From assembly GCA_037128175.1 (NCBI GenBank), contig JBAXWY010000026.1, positions 1 through 36,826 on the forward strand: DNA of 36,826 bases, written 5' to 3'. The stretch is from Methanothrix sp. GTDB taxonomy: Archaea; Halobacteriota; Methanosarcinia; Methanotrichales; Methanotrichaceae. Position numbers and translations under genes: made by a program. Of the stretch, positions 10,903 to 20,717 are shown one piece after another; positions within the stretch are counted from its first letter, which is position 1, and every line of letters begins with the position of its first letter. The notes under the pieces are model-generated. The model was not told where the DNA came from, searched no databases, and saw only the letters and a program-made list of their open reading frames with translations.

Positions 10903-13134
10903 ATGAAAGCGAAATCAATCGTTAGCCTTATTTGCTTCGTCTATCTAAGCACGCTAACATTTTCGTGTCTTGCTGAATCGAATATCCAGAAAGATAGTGG
11001 TATGGACGAGAGTGCTGCAATATGGAGAATGGTTCCCTTAGCAATTAACGAATCCGTTGCAAGCCTGAAGACGACACCACAGGTCGCATCTTCATACATT
11101 TCTGCGGAGAAATCGTCCATAAACGGAATTGTATTCAAGGATATAAATGCAGATGGCTTAAAGACCGAGGGTGAGCCAGGACTCCCCAACTGGACGATTG
11201 TCCTGAAGTATGACGGCAAGGATCTTCTGCAGGTTACTACCAACAAAGAAGGGCTCTATTCTCTTGCGGACCTTAGCCCGGGGATTTATACTGTGGAGGA
11301 AAAATTATTGGATGGATGGAATCAGACCCTTCCCGCTCAAGGAAGTTACATCATCAATTTCGTTGGCGGCATAGGATACAATTACGATTTTGGCAATAGC
11401 CAGGGGTCATTTCCAGTCCCGCCTGGGATTGTGACTCATCCGCTCCTGTCCAGAAGTGAATGGATAAGGATGACTGACGAACTAGAAACTGCGCCCACTT
11501 CTACAATAAGCTATGGGCAGCGGGCGGCAGTAAGCTATCCATCATCCCTGAGCCTTCTCGGTTATGTTCCATCATATAGTCAAAGAAACCAGGGGAGCTG
11601 TGGCAATTGTTGGGCCTGGGCTGGCACCGGCTTGACTGAGATTGCCCGTTATGCTCAGTTGGGCATAAAGGAACGACTCTCCATTCAGTACCTGAATTCC
11701 AATTTCGATGCATATGGAAGATGGGCATGTTGTAGCGGAAGCGTGGGGGATTATGTAAGGTTTTATAATTCAAAGGGAAAATTTGTTCCATGGAATAACC
11801 TGAATGCGCAATATCAGGATGGTACAAACCATTGCTGCCATGACTGTTCTGGAAACACATGCTCATCAACATCCTGCTGTTCCCAAACCGGCTGTGGCGG
11901 CGTGGGTCATTCCAGCGTATCAGCCGGTTCCATAATTGAATATCCAAATTATCCTGTGACTACAATCCCTAACTATTATTATATACTTCATGGAATTGCA
12001 CAGGATCAAGCCATTGACGCCATTAAGGGCGCACTCAATCAGAATAAGGCCCTGGTTTTCACATTCTATCTGCCAAGCAGCAGCGCCTGGACCAGTTTTA
12101 ATAACATGTGGTCCTCCGGCGGCGTCTGGGACCCGGCGGCATACTGCAACCAGCCAATTTCGGCAGGAAGCGGCGGGCACCTCGCCCTATGTGTGGGTTA
12201 TGATGACGCCAGCGACACCTGGATCATGCTCAATAGCTGGGGGGCGGGAGGACGGGGCGACGGCACCTTCAGAGTCAAGATGCATATGGACTACGACTGC
12301 TCGAATGGCGGCTCTTACTCATATTGGTTCCAGGGTTTTGATGTTACCTTCAAGACATCTAATTCTGTAGCTCTTCAGGCAGCCAATGGTCAGTACGTTT
12401 GTGCAGAAGGCAGCGGAGGCGGAGCAGTCGTAGCTAACCGCAATGCAGTCGGTGCCTGGGAGACATTCCGAGTTATTGACCTAGGAAATGGCAATGTTGC
12501 CCTTCTGGCAGCCAATGGCCAGTACGTTTGTGCAGTAGGCGGCGGTGGAAATGGAGTTGCAGCTAACAGCAATTCTCTAGGTGCCTGGGAGACGTTCAAA
12601 CTCATAGATAGGGGAAATGGATATTATGCTCTGCAGGCCTCTAATGGTCAGTATGTCTGCGCTGAGAATGGCGGTGGTAGTACAGTAGTTGCTAACCGCA
12701 ATGCAATAGGTGCCTGGGAGATGTTCCGGTTCTTTGATTTCTCAAGACCTGCCCCTGTAGCCCTTCAGGCAGCCAATGGCCAGTACGTTTGTGCAGTAGG
12801 CGGCGGTGGAAATGGGGTTGCAGCCGGCAGCAATTCCGTAGGTGCCATGGAGACCTTCAATCTTATTAATGGAGGGAATGGTAACGTAGCCCTCCAGGCA
12901 GCCAATGGCCAGTATGTCTGTGCTGAAGGCAGCGGAGGCGGAGCAGTCGTAGCTAACCGCAATGCAGTAGGTGCCTGGGAGACATTCAAGCTTATCTATA
13001 GGGGAAACGGCAATGTAGCCCTCCAGGCAGCCAATGGCCAGTATGTCTGCGCAGAAGGCGGCGGCGGCGATGGAGTCGTAGCTAACCGCGATGCAATAGG
13101 TGCCTGGGAGACGTTTAAGTTAATCCCAACCTAG
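10903..13134 (+). CDS. Secreted C1 (papain-family) cysteine peptidase with SdrD-B/CnaB-like domain and two fascin-like beta-trefoils
   Basis: Signal peptide; SdrD-B-like INGIVFKDINADG...TTNKEGLY..L.PGIYTVEE...DFGN; catalytic NQGSCGNCWAW, GGHLALCVGY, NSWG; six NGQYVCA repeats (~12367-13131). Confidence 0.92.
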   Translation: MKAKSIVSLICFVYLSTLTFSCLAESNIQKDSGMDESAAIWRMVPLAINESVASLKTTPQVASSYISAEKSSINGIVFKDINADGLKTEGEPGLPNWTIVLKYDGKDLLQVTTNKEGLYSLADLSPGIYTVEEKLLDGWNQTLPAQGSYIINFVGGIGYNYDFGNSQGSFPVPPGIVTHPLLSRSEWIRMTDELETAPTSTISYGQRAAVSYPSSLSLLGYVPSYSQRNQGSCGNCWAWAGTGLTEIARYAQLGIKERLSIQYLNSNFDAYGRWACCSGSVGDYVRFYNSKGKFVPWNNLNAQYQDGTNHCCHDCSGNTCSSTSCCSQTGCGGVGHSSVSAGSIIEYPNYPVTTIPNYYYILHGIAQDQAIDAIKGALNQNKALVFTFYLPSSSAWTSFNNMWSSGGVWDPAAYCNQPISAGSGGHLALCVGYDDASDTWIMLNSWGAGGRGDGTFRVKMHMDYDCSNGGSYSYWFQGFDVTFKTSNSVALQAANGQYVCAEGSGGGAVVANRNAVGAWETFRVIDLGNGNVALLAANGQYVCAVGGGGNGVAANSNSLGAWETFKLIDRGNGYYALQASNGQYVCAENGGGSTVVANRNAIGAWEMFRFFDFSRPAPVALQAANGQYVCAVGGGGNGVAAGSNSVGAMETFNLINGGNGNVALQAANGQYVCAEGSGGGAVVANRNAVGAWETFKLIYRGNGNVALQAANGQYVCAEGGGGDGVVANRDAIGAWETFKLIPT

Positions 13135-13152
13135 GATACCGCAAAATGCAAT

Positions 13153-13236
13153 ATTCCAACCGGAACACCAGCAATTGATGTGGGGAGATTTATCCTCACA
13201 TCACTTCGATTTTTCGAGATGATTTTTCAGTTGCCT
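13153..13236 (+). terminator. 84-bp 3' element with hairpin and T-runs, copy 1
   Basis: GATGTGGGGA-GATTTA-TCCTCACATC hairpin followed by TTTTT tracts; differs at one position from 15810-15893. Confidence 0.7.
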
Positions 13237-13325
13237 CCATCCACGGCTAATATCTATTTATGAGACGCTCCAGTTCGTAGCCGTGTCTCATGAGTCCTAA
13301 TTCCTAGATTGTATGTGTTTAGCAT

Positions 13326-13357
13326 CTGTGTAGTCCCGAAACATTCGGACTACACAG
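13326..13357. repeat. Near-perfect inverted repeat CTGTGTAGTCC(C)GAA-ACA-TTCGGACTACACAG
   Basis: 14-bp arms with one bulged C. The right arm recurs with one mismatch at 10784-10798. Confidence 0.75.
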
Positions 13358-13447
13358 TATAATAATCTTGTAGTAAGTTATTTATATCATCATTGAATAG
13401 TGACTGGAAGAGCAGTTGCTCTCTGAAAGGTGAGAAGGAGGTAGACT

Positions 13448-15790
13448 ATGACAAAATATATTGTGCCAATAATGCTTCTATTAATCAGCGCACTTGTTTT
13501 GATTTTGCCTGTAAATTCCTATGAATTTAATTCCAGTGATTCAAGCATTAATTCCGCAATGGATCTAAGTAGAACCGAATTATATATAGGAAACTTTACA
13601 CTTATTGGAAATCCTACTGTTAATAGTACTGCTAAGCTTAATTTTACTCTTGAGACCATCTTAGATGCACCAAATACCTCGATAGATATTATTTTGCCAG
13701 AAGAAATTAAGCTTATTGAAGGAAACTTAATCTGGAATGGAGATATTCTAAAAGGTAAAAAAATAGAGCTTAGCTTTTTAATTACACCTATCGAGAACGG
13801 CGAATTTGTGCTTAGCGCAAAGATCGAAAACGAAAACTTTAAAGGATTTAATAGGTATTTCGTTAAAAATATAAATGTAACAGACAAAAAGGCATCTATA
13901 TATGGCGGATCAGCAAGCCCGCCCGAAAGGCAAATAACGAAGAGACTGTTGCAGGGGCCCGGTGAAGAAATTATAAACGACTTCAATTTATCCGCAGGTA
14001 CGGCAAACGTTTATGGATATCTAAAATATGAAGATAATGGAGGCGTGCAACATCCCGTGAGATATGCCACTGTTGAACTTTGGCAAGACAACTCTGCAAT
14101 TCCTGATGCATTGTTAGCCACATCAAGTACAGACCAATACGGGAAATTTAATTTTAATACATATATTTCTAGTAATATTAATGTATTTGTAAATATCAAG
14201 TGTGATTCTGAATCAGTTATGGTTACTACAGATAGCGGTTCTTTGTATCATGCCTATATTCCCAATAGTGGTTCTGTTGAAATCTCAAGTGGATCCAACG
14301 ATTTAGGATCTTGGTATGTATCCAAAGCTTATCAAGATTGGCAGGCATATGATTATGTTATTAAAGCATATCAATGGCTTGATAGCAACTCAGGATATAA
14401 ACGGTCAAAAATATCTGTAAAATGGCCATCCAGTGAATGTACTGTTAAAAGTATCCCTTGGCCCTGCTCAGATGGCGATAATATATATCTGCCGCAACAA
14501 AGCTCTGCGAATTGGGATGCCAGCACAGTATATCATGAATATGCCCACTGCATTATGTATTCTATATATGGAGGTTATCCGAATGGCTGCTATATCTCAG
14601 AGCATTACGTAAACACTGAATCTTGCGAAACGCATTCTGTAATTGAAGGTTGGGCAGAGTTTATGCAATGCGCAGTTGATAATTCTCCCGATAATTTGGC
14701 CGACCTAACCTGCAACAAACAAACAAATATAGAAAACAATAATTGGCATCTTGGAAGATCAACCTGCGCCGCTGTCAATAGAGGCTCAATTATTGAAGGC
14801 GCTGTAGCCAGCATTTGGTGGGATATATTCGATGCCAATAATTATCCCTCTGATCCGGATAAAGATGATCTATCCTTAGGCTTCAGTCAAATAATGTATA
14901 TTATGAGAAACTACAAACCAACATCTATCAATAGTTTTTGGGACAATTGGTTTAAAAATTACGGATATATCTCCCAATTAAGTTCAATTTATGAAAGTCA
15001 TGGAATAAATAAAATTGGGCCGATAGCCATCCGGGCCGCTAACGGCCAGTATCTGTGTGCTGAAGGTGGCGGTGGTCAGCAGGTTGTAGCTAACCGCAAC
15101 GCAATATCTGGTTGGGAGACGTTCAAACTCATTGATCGAGGAAACAGCAATGTGGCTCTACAAGCCGCTAACGGCCAGTATCTGTGTGCAGAAGGTAGCG
15201 GAGGTGGCGCAGTCGTAGCTAACCGCAACTCTATCGGCGCCTGGGAGACCTTCAAACTCATTGATCGAGGAAACGGAAATTATGCTTTGCAGGCCGCTAA
15301 TGGCCAGTATCTATGTGCAGAAGGCAGCGGAGGTGGCGCAGTTGTAGCTAACCGCAACTCGATAGGTGCCTGGGAGACTTTCCGGCTTATGGATCTCCGA
15401 AGACCTGCAAAGGTGGCACTTCAGGTAGCAAATGGCCAGTATCTGTGTGCAGAAGGCAGCGGCGGAGATGGAGTTGTGGCTAACCGCGACGCCATAGGCG
15501 GATGGGAGACGTTCAAACTCATCGATCGAGGAAATGGTAATGTGGCCCTCCAGGCCGCCAATAGCCAGTATGTCTGTGCCGAATTGGGTGGTGGATATGG
15601 AGTTGTAGCAAATCGCAACTCAATAGGTGCGTGGGAGACATTTAGAGATATATATAGAGGGAACGGAAATATTGCATTACAGGCTGCCAATGGCCAGTAT
15701 GTCTGCGCAGAAGGCAGCGGTGGTGGTGGAGTCGTAGCTAATCGCAACTCAATAGGTGCGTGGGAGACATTCAAGTTATTCCCGACCTAG
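13448..15790 (+). CDS. Secreted HExxH (gluzincin-type) metallopeptidase with Ig/prealbumin-like domains and two fascin-like beta-trefoils
   Basis: Signal peptide; GGAGGT RBS; PVRYATVELW...TDQYGKF prealbumin-like segment; HEYAH (14534-14548) with downstream EGWAEF third-ligand motif; six fascin repeats (~15020-15787). Confidence 0.85.
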   Translation: MTKYIVPIMLLLISALVLILPVNSYEFNSSDSSINSAMDLSRTELYIGNFTLIGNPTVNSTAKLNFTLETILDAPNTSIDIILPEEIKLIEGNLIWNGDILKGKKIELSFLITPIENGEFVLSAKIENENFKGFNRYFVKNINVTDKKASIYGGSASPPERQITKRLLQGPGEEIINDFNLSAGTANVYGYLKYEDNGGVQHPVRYATVELWQDNSAIPDALLATSSTDQYGKFNFNTYISSNINVFVNIKCDSESVMVTTDSGSLYHAYIPNSGSVEISSGSNDLGSWYVSKAYQDWQAYDYVIKAYQWLDSNSGYKRSKISVKWPSSECTVKSIPWPCSDGDNIYLPQQSSANWDASTVYHEYAHCIMYSIYGGYPNGCYISEHYVNTESCETHSVIEGWAEFMQCAVDNSPDNLADLTCNKQTNIENNNWHLGRSTCAAVNRGSIIEGAVASIWWDIFDANNYPSDPDKDDLSLGFSQIMYIMRNYKPTSINSFWDNWFKNYGYISQLSSIYESHGINKIGPIAIRAANGQYLCAEGGGGQQVVANRNAISGWETFKLIDRGNSNVALQAANGQYLCAEGSGGGAVVANRNSIGAWETFKLIDRGNGNYALQAANGQYLCAEGSGGGAVVANRNSIGAWETFRLMDLRRPAKVALQVANGQYLCAEGSGGDGVVANRDAIGGWETFKLIDRGNGNVALQAANSQYVCAELGGGYGVVANRNSIGAWETFRDIYRGNGNIALQAANGQYVCAEGSGGGGVVANRNSIGAWETFKLFPT

Positions 15791-15809
15791 AATCCATGTA
15801 AGATATAAC

Positions 15810-15893
15810 ATTCCAACCGGAACACCAGCAATTGATGTGGGGAGATTTATCCTCACATCACTTCGATTTTTCGTGATGATTTTTCAGTTGCCT
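15810..15893 (+). terminator. 84-bp 3' element with hairpin and T-runs, copy 2
   Basis: Near-identical to 13153-13236, at nearly the same distance from the stop codon. Confidence 0.7.
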
Positions 15894-15923
15894 TCACCTA
15901 ACGACCCGATAGTTTTATGATCT

Positions 15924-18359
15924 ATGATATGGCAAAACTTTTGCCTAATAGGAGGAATCTATTTACACAAGTTAGCCAAGCTGGTGCTATTATTTGGCTC
16001 AACATTTGCCAATCTAATAGTTCTTGCGTCAGCCATCACAATCGGCTACTCTGCAGGAGAAGGCGGCGAGTCCCTGTCGTCATCGGTCACTTATGACCTG
16101 GATGATTCGACATCGCTTGATGAAGACACTATCTTGAACGGCGCATCAATTGTTCAAAATCTAAAAGTGAGCGGATTGGGAAAAAACGCCATATCTCAAT
16201 CGGTGACTGGAAACGGATACTCGGCAAAGAATGACATAGAGAATAGCGGCTCCCTGAATACTAGAGGGAGCTTGGCGGCTACCAGCAAGGTGGTTAGCTA
16301 TAGTCAGAGCTTCTCGGGTACAGGCGAGAGCGCAATCTCGCAAACCCTAGCTGGTGATGGCTACATAGCCGAAAGCTCTGCCCGTGGTTTTGGAATTCTA
16401 AGTGCATCAACATCCTCTGTAGCCTCGTCGGCCAGTGCCAGCTTGGGCCAGCAGGCGGTCGGAAGTGGAGGTGCAAATCTAGCCGTTGGCGCAAGCCAGG
16501 GCGCAGATATATCAGAACAGCGGGCGAGCATGACAAATGGTCTGATTTCTTCGTACCAAAGCTTATCGGCTGGAGATGGAGTATCCGCATCCCAGACAAC
16601 CAAACTTAGCGGTCTGGCAGGGAGTGTGGAATCGAGTGCGATCTCGAACAGCAATGTCATACTGGCTAGTGGAAGCTTCCTAGGTCAAGGCGCCCTAGAT
16701 GCGGGAATGAAGTCTACTGCCGCAGATTCTGCAAAGACCACCGCAAAGGTATCTCTGGATGGAGCTACCTGGATCGATGATGATGAAATCCAGGGAGTCT
16801 CCTCCGGCAATCAGATGATGGGTGTTGAAGGCCTCAGGCTGGCTTCCCCAACCGATTTGGGATCATTCCGGATGAGTGTGGCGAACATGGATCGTCAGAA
16901 TTTTGATCAGACGGAAATTGACCCCCAGGGCGCGGGCGCAGGATCTGCCTCATCTTATAGGCTGGGAGGTCCGGCACCTGGCGGCGGTTGGAGATTACAG
17001 AGATGGAATGAAAAGGACCCAAATATCAAGCTCTGGCTTAAGGATGACAGTAACTTGATAGCAACTAACCTCCCTAAGCAGGATATCGCAAATAGCATTG
17101 CCAATGCAGCGAATACCTGGGACAATGCAGTAACTCGAAACCTATTCCTCGATGGTGCAAGTGGCGTTGAGCTCTCCACAGGCGTCAATGCGGATACGAA
17201 GGATGGGAAAAATGTTCATGCTTTTCTGCCTTCAAATACAAATCAATATATAGCCTATGCGAGAACATATTCTGATGTTCCTGTTAAGTATGGATTTTAC
17301 TCAATATATGAGTCGGATGTCTGCTTTAATAGCAATTACGCTTGGTCCACGAGCCAGGCTTCCGGAAAGCAAGATGTCCAGAGTGTGGCAACTCACGAGC
17401 TCGGACACACCATTGGGCTAGGGGATCTCTATTACGATGCTGCTAATGCGAACTCACTTCCACGAAATGATCCCAGAACATATGATACGGCCCAGGTAAT
17501 GAACACCGCGCAGCGATCTCTTGGGAGCGGAGACACAACGGGTGTTCGCTTGCTTTATGAGTATAGACCGGTAGCTCTTCGTACCAGTAACGGCCAATAT
17601 GTTTGCTCCGAAAATGGCGGAGGAAGTAAGCTACAGGCAAACCGTGATTGGATTGGCGCGTGGGAGACTCTTGAGCTAGTCGATCTCGGGAATAACGATG
17701 TAGCTCTTCGAGCCTACAATGGCCAATATGTGTGTGCCGAGGGGAGCGGTGGACGGGAAGTCGTAGCCAACCGTAATGCGCCCAATGCATGGGAGACCTT
17801 TAAGCTAAATGATCTGGGCACCAACGCTTTTGTCAAGAGTATAGCCCTTAAAGCCAATAACGGCCAGTGGATCTGCGCTGAGGGCGGCGGCGGTCGCGAG
17901 CTTGTAGCAAATCGAAACGCTGTAAATGCTTGGGAGACCTTTAAGCTTATTGAAATGGGCGAAAATAATCAGCATTGGCAGGCAAAAGATCTCCATTATG
18001 TCAGCGCTGAGGGCAGTGGCGGCCGCGAACTTGTAGCAAATCGTGACAATTGGAATGCCTGGGAGGATTTCGACTCGATTGAACTAGGTGACTACACGAT
18101 TGCTCTGCGCGCTAAAAATGGCCAGTACGTTTGCGCTGAAGGAAGTGGAGGGCGTGAGGTTTTGGCAAACCGTGATTGGATAGGAGGATGGGAAACCTTC
18201 CGTTACGAATATTTGGGCAATGATGAAATCGGTGGAAATAAATTTGCGCTTCGCGCCAGCAATGGTCAATATTTGCAGGCGGATCCTGGAAAAGGAGGCC
18301 AGATATGGGCAAATAGTAATGATAAGACCGGATGGGCGACATTCTATATGCATGGATAG
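15924..18359 (+). CDS. Secreted matrixin-like (M10-like metzincin) metalloprotease with Ser/Gly/Ala-rich N-terminal region and two fascin-like beta-trefoils
   Basis: Hydrophobic N-terminus; AANTWD, DGKN, IAYA, ESDVCFN, DVQSVATHELGHTIGLGD (17394-17426), Met-turn QVMN, LGSGDTTG; six more divergent fascin repeats (~17568-18356). Exact start uncertain. Confidence 0.85.
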   Translation: MIWQNFCLIGGIYLHKLAKLVLLFGSTFANLIVLASAITIGYSAGEGGESLSSSVTYDLDDSTSLDEDTILNGASIVQNLKVSGLGKNAISQSVTGNGYSAKNDIENSGSLNTRGSLAATSKVVSYSQSFSGTGESAISQTLAGDGYIAESSARGFGILSASTSSVASSASASLGQQAVGSGGANLAVGASQGADISEQRASMTNGLISSYQSLSAGDGVSASQTTKLSGLAGSVESSAISNSNVILASGSFLGQGALDAGMKSTAADSAKTTAKVSLDGATWIDDDEIQGVSSGNQMMGVEGLRLASPTDLGSFRMSVANMDRQNFDQTEIDPQGAGAGSASSYRLGGPAPGGGWRLQRWNEKDPNIKLWLKDDSNLIATNLPKQDIANSIANAANTWDNAVTRNLFLDGASGVELSTGVNADTKDGKNVHAFLPSNTNQYIAYARTYSDVPVKYGFYSIYESDVCFNSNYAWSTSQASGKQDVQSVATHELGHTIGLGDLYYDAANANSLPRNDPRTYDTAQVMNTAQRSLGSGDTTGVRLLYEYRPVALRTSNGQYVCSENGGGSKLQANRDWIGAWETLELVDLGNNDVALRAYNGQYVCAEGSGGREVVANRNAPNAWETFKLNDLGTNAFVKSIALKANNGQWICAEGGGGRELVANRNAVNAWETFKLIEMGENNQHWQAKDLHYVSAEGSGGRELVANRDNWNAWEDFDSIELGDYTIALRAKNGQYVCAEGSGGREVLANRDWIGGWETFRYEYLGNDEIGGNKFALRASNGQYLQADPGKGGQIWANSNDKTGWATFYMHG

Positions 18360-18592
18360 ATGATCGATGATGCAATATCGGTCGTTTCTGATTTGGCCTT
18401 GTGGGGGGGGCGACACCCTTCAACCCGGCCATTTCCTTTTTGTTGGTCTTTAAAAATGTTGCACTTCTCGCCGGCAACTGCCAATATTTTCTCAAACATT
18501 TTGACCAGGGAAAATATTGTTCGCAGACGAGGGAAAGGTTCTTGAGGCGAAAAACAGTTGGATTTTTGGGTTAGTATCTCTGAAGTGATCTG

Positions 18593-19117
18593 ATGAAAAC
18601 ATCGCTCGTGGTTCCCGCTTATAATGAGGAGAAAGGCCTGCCCCTGGTGGTGGCAGAATACCAGGATGTAGTGGACGAGATAATCATAGTAGACGACGGC
18701 TCGAGCGATGGCACCTTCCAGGTGGCAAAGGCACTGGTGGGCGGGAAGACGAAGCTTTTCCGCCATGAGAAAAACGCAGGAAAGGTGGCGGCTTTGAGGA
18801 CGGGCGTTAAGCATGCCAGCGGAGATATCGTCATATTCATAGATGCGGACAACACCTATCCTGCCAGGTATGTTCCTGATCTGGTCAGGGAGATTGAAAA
18901 TGGGGCGGACCTGGTGCTGGGGGCCAGGCTGCAGAGCCGGGATAATATTCCTGCCTTCAACCGGATAGGCAACAACATATTCTCTTTTCTTGCCACTTAC
19001 ATAAGCTGCTTGAGGATCAAGGACAGCCAGACCGGCATGCGGGCTTTTCGCAGGCAGATAATTGAGAGACATAACCCGACGATACCAAGGGCGTCATGCC
19101 TAACAGCCACAAAATAA
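18593..19117 (+). pseudogene. 3'-truncated duplicate of the GT2 glycosyltransferase
   Basis: 18575-19054 is near-identical to 21170-21649. It diverges after MRAFRR and lacks the FETKM motif and both TM helices. Confidence 0.88.
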
Positions 19118-19301
19118 CCAAGGGCAAAAAGTTCCTGGTGCAAGACATCCAAAAAGTCAAATAACCACAACTCCCTAAGAACCCAGAAGCCATCTCAAAG
19201 ATCAAAGAGATCGGCTACCAGGGGGTAAGCACGTGCAGAACATAAATAAGATGATCGATAAGGTGAGCTTGTGGGTTATCCAATTGATTAGGAGTATATA
19301 A

Positions 19302-20717
19302 ATGAAGGACGACACGTATTTGCAAATTGCCAAAGTACTATTACTATTGTCCGGGTTATATGTAATTCTAAGGTCATACTTTCTAGTTATAACTTTTGAT
19401 GAAGCATTAACATATTTAGATTATGTAACAAAATCATATATCGCTATCTTCACAGAAGAATCGATAGCCAATAATCACTTTCTGAATACCGTATTGATAA
19501 AATTCTTTGTGGATCGCTTCGGGGTTTCTGAATTCGTATTAAGGATTCCTGCACTAATCGGAGCTGCCATCTATCTCACGACAGCATATTATATATCAAA
19601 ACTGTTATTCAAAAATATTTATTTTTTGGCAAGCGTCTTATTGCTCATCACAAGTCCATTGATAATGGATTTTCTACCTATAGCGCGAGGCTATTCTCTG
19701 GCTCTTGGCTTCTTCATGGTAGCTTTATATTACTTTATGAAAGATGAGCATGCGGAAATAGTAATATTAATGGCTACTCTGTCAGTACTTTCGGTACTAT
19801 CATTTTTATATGTATATGCCGCACTTCTTTTACTATTAGTTGTTAGGGAGTTGAAACGATTTGATGTTAAATCTCTTATCGTAAAAGTCGTTTTACCATC
19901 TGGCATCAGTCTGTCATTTTTGTACCTGACTCTTTTTGGGCAAGTTACCGCTATGCAAAAAGGTGATCAGTTTTATTTTGGTGGAACTGTAGGCTTCTGG
20001 CAGGATACTATGTGGAGTATTATAAATTATAATCTATATGAAAATAAATATTTATCTGTCGAACTCTTCCAGGCGATTGTAATTCTGACAATCGCGATTT
20101 TGCTTTTGTTGATCGCTTATGGAACCCGTGAAAAACAATTAATGACCATCTGTTCCTTAATATTCCTATTAATTATGCTGATAAATATTCACCATCTTAT
20201 GGGCACGCGATTTATTCTGGATAGGGCCGCAATATTTTTTGTGCCTCTCTTCGCAATAATGATTATCCATTTGTGGAATGACTCAACCGTAATAGCTCCT
20301 AAATATTCTCGGATTATAAACACATTTTTTATAGTTATCTTGATAATATTTTGTTTTAATTTTTTGCAATCGATTAACCTAACTCATACCTTGCAATGGA
20401 AGTTCGAAGCCGATTTAGATGATGTTATAAATGAGATACGGGCGGATGAAACAAATTCCTCAGATCAGAAATCGATTGGCGCCACATGGTATTATTATAC
20501 CGGAATAAATTTTTACAGGATTAAATATAATCTTACTTGGTTGAAACCTGCTACCAGGGACGGCGTGGATGGAATATACGATTATTATTTAGCACATTGG
20601 GAGGATAAGTCAATATTAGATAAGTATAATATTACCTATAAATATTATCCTGTGAGCAATTCGTATTTTGGAAAAGGTAATAATAGAATGTCATCCAACC
20701 ATACCGCTACATTATGA
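19302..20717 (+). CDS. GT-C fold (PMT/ArnT-like) membrane glycosyltransferase
   Basis: Multi-TM; first external loop FDEALTY, NNHFLNT, FGVSEFVLRIPALI, ARGYSL; AT-rich. Confidence 0.78.
   Translation: MKDDTYLQIAKVLLLLSGLYVILRSYFLVITFDEALTYLDYVTKSYIAIFTEESIANNHFLNTVLIKFFVDRFGVSEFVLRIPALIGAAIYLTTAYYISKLLFKNIYFLASVLLLITSPLIMDFLPIARGYSLALGFFMVALYYFMKDEHAEIVILMATLSVLSVLSFLYVYAALLLLLVVRELKRFDVKSLIVKVVLPSGISLSFLYLTLFGQVTAMQKGDQFYFGGTVGFWQDTMWSIINYNLYENKYLSVELFQAIVILTIAILLLLIAYGTREKQLMTICSLIFLLIMLINIHHLMGTRFILDRAAIFFVPLFAIMIIHLWNDSTVIAPKYSRIINTFFIVILIIFCFNFLQSINLTHTLQWKFEADLDDVINEIRADETNSSDQKSIGATWYYYTGINFYRIKYNLTWLKPATRDGVDGIYDYYLAHWEDKSILDKYNITYKYYPVSNSYFGKGNNRMSSNHTATL

Noticed and set aside
12367-13131. 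Actin-bundling function implied by the name fascin
   Set aside because: The resemblance is at fold level only; the proteins are secreted and nothing in the sequence supports actin binding.
138-15774. Short ORFs reading SLNVSQAP..LRLATTAPPPLPSAQTYWPLAA (138..473, 12390..12605, 12765..12989, 15076..15261, 15421..15774)
   Set aside because: They are antisense shadows of the fascin repeats.
18344-19072. 242-aa minus-strand ORF (and 21047..21529)
   Set aside because: Antisense to the GT2 copies; their similarity simply reflects the duplication.
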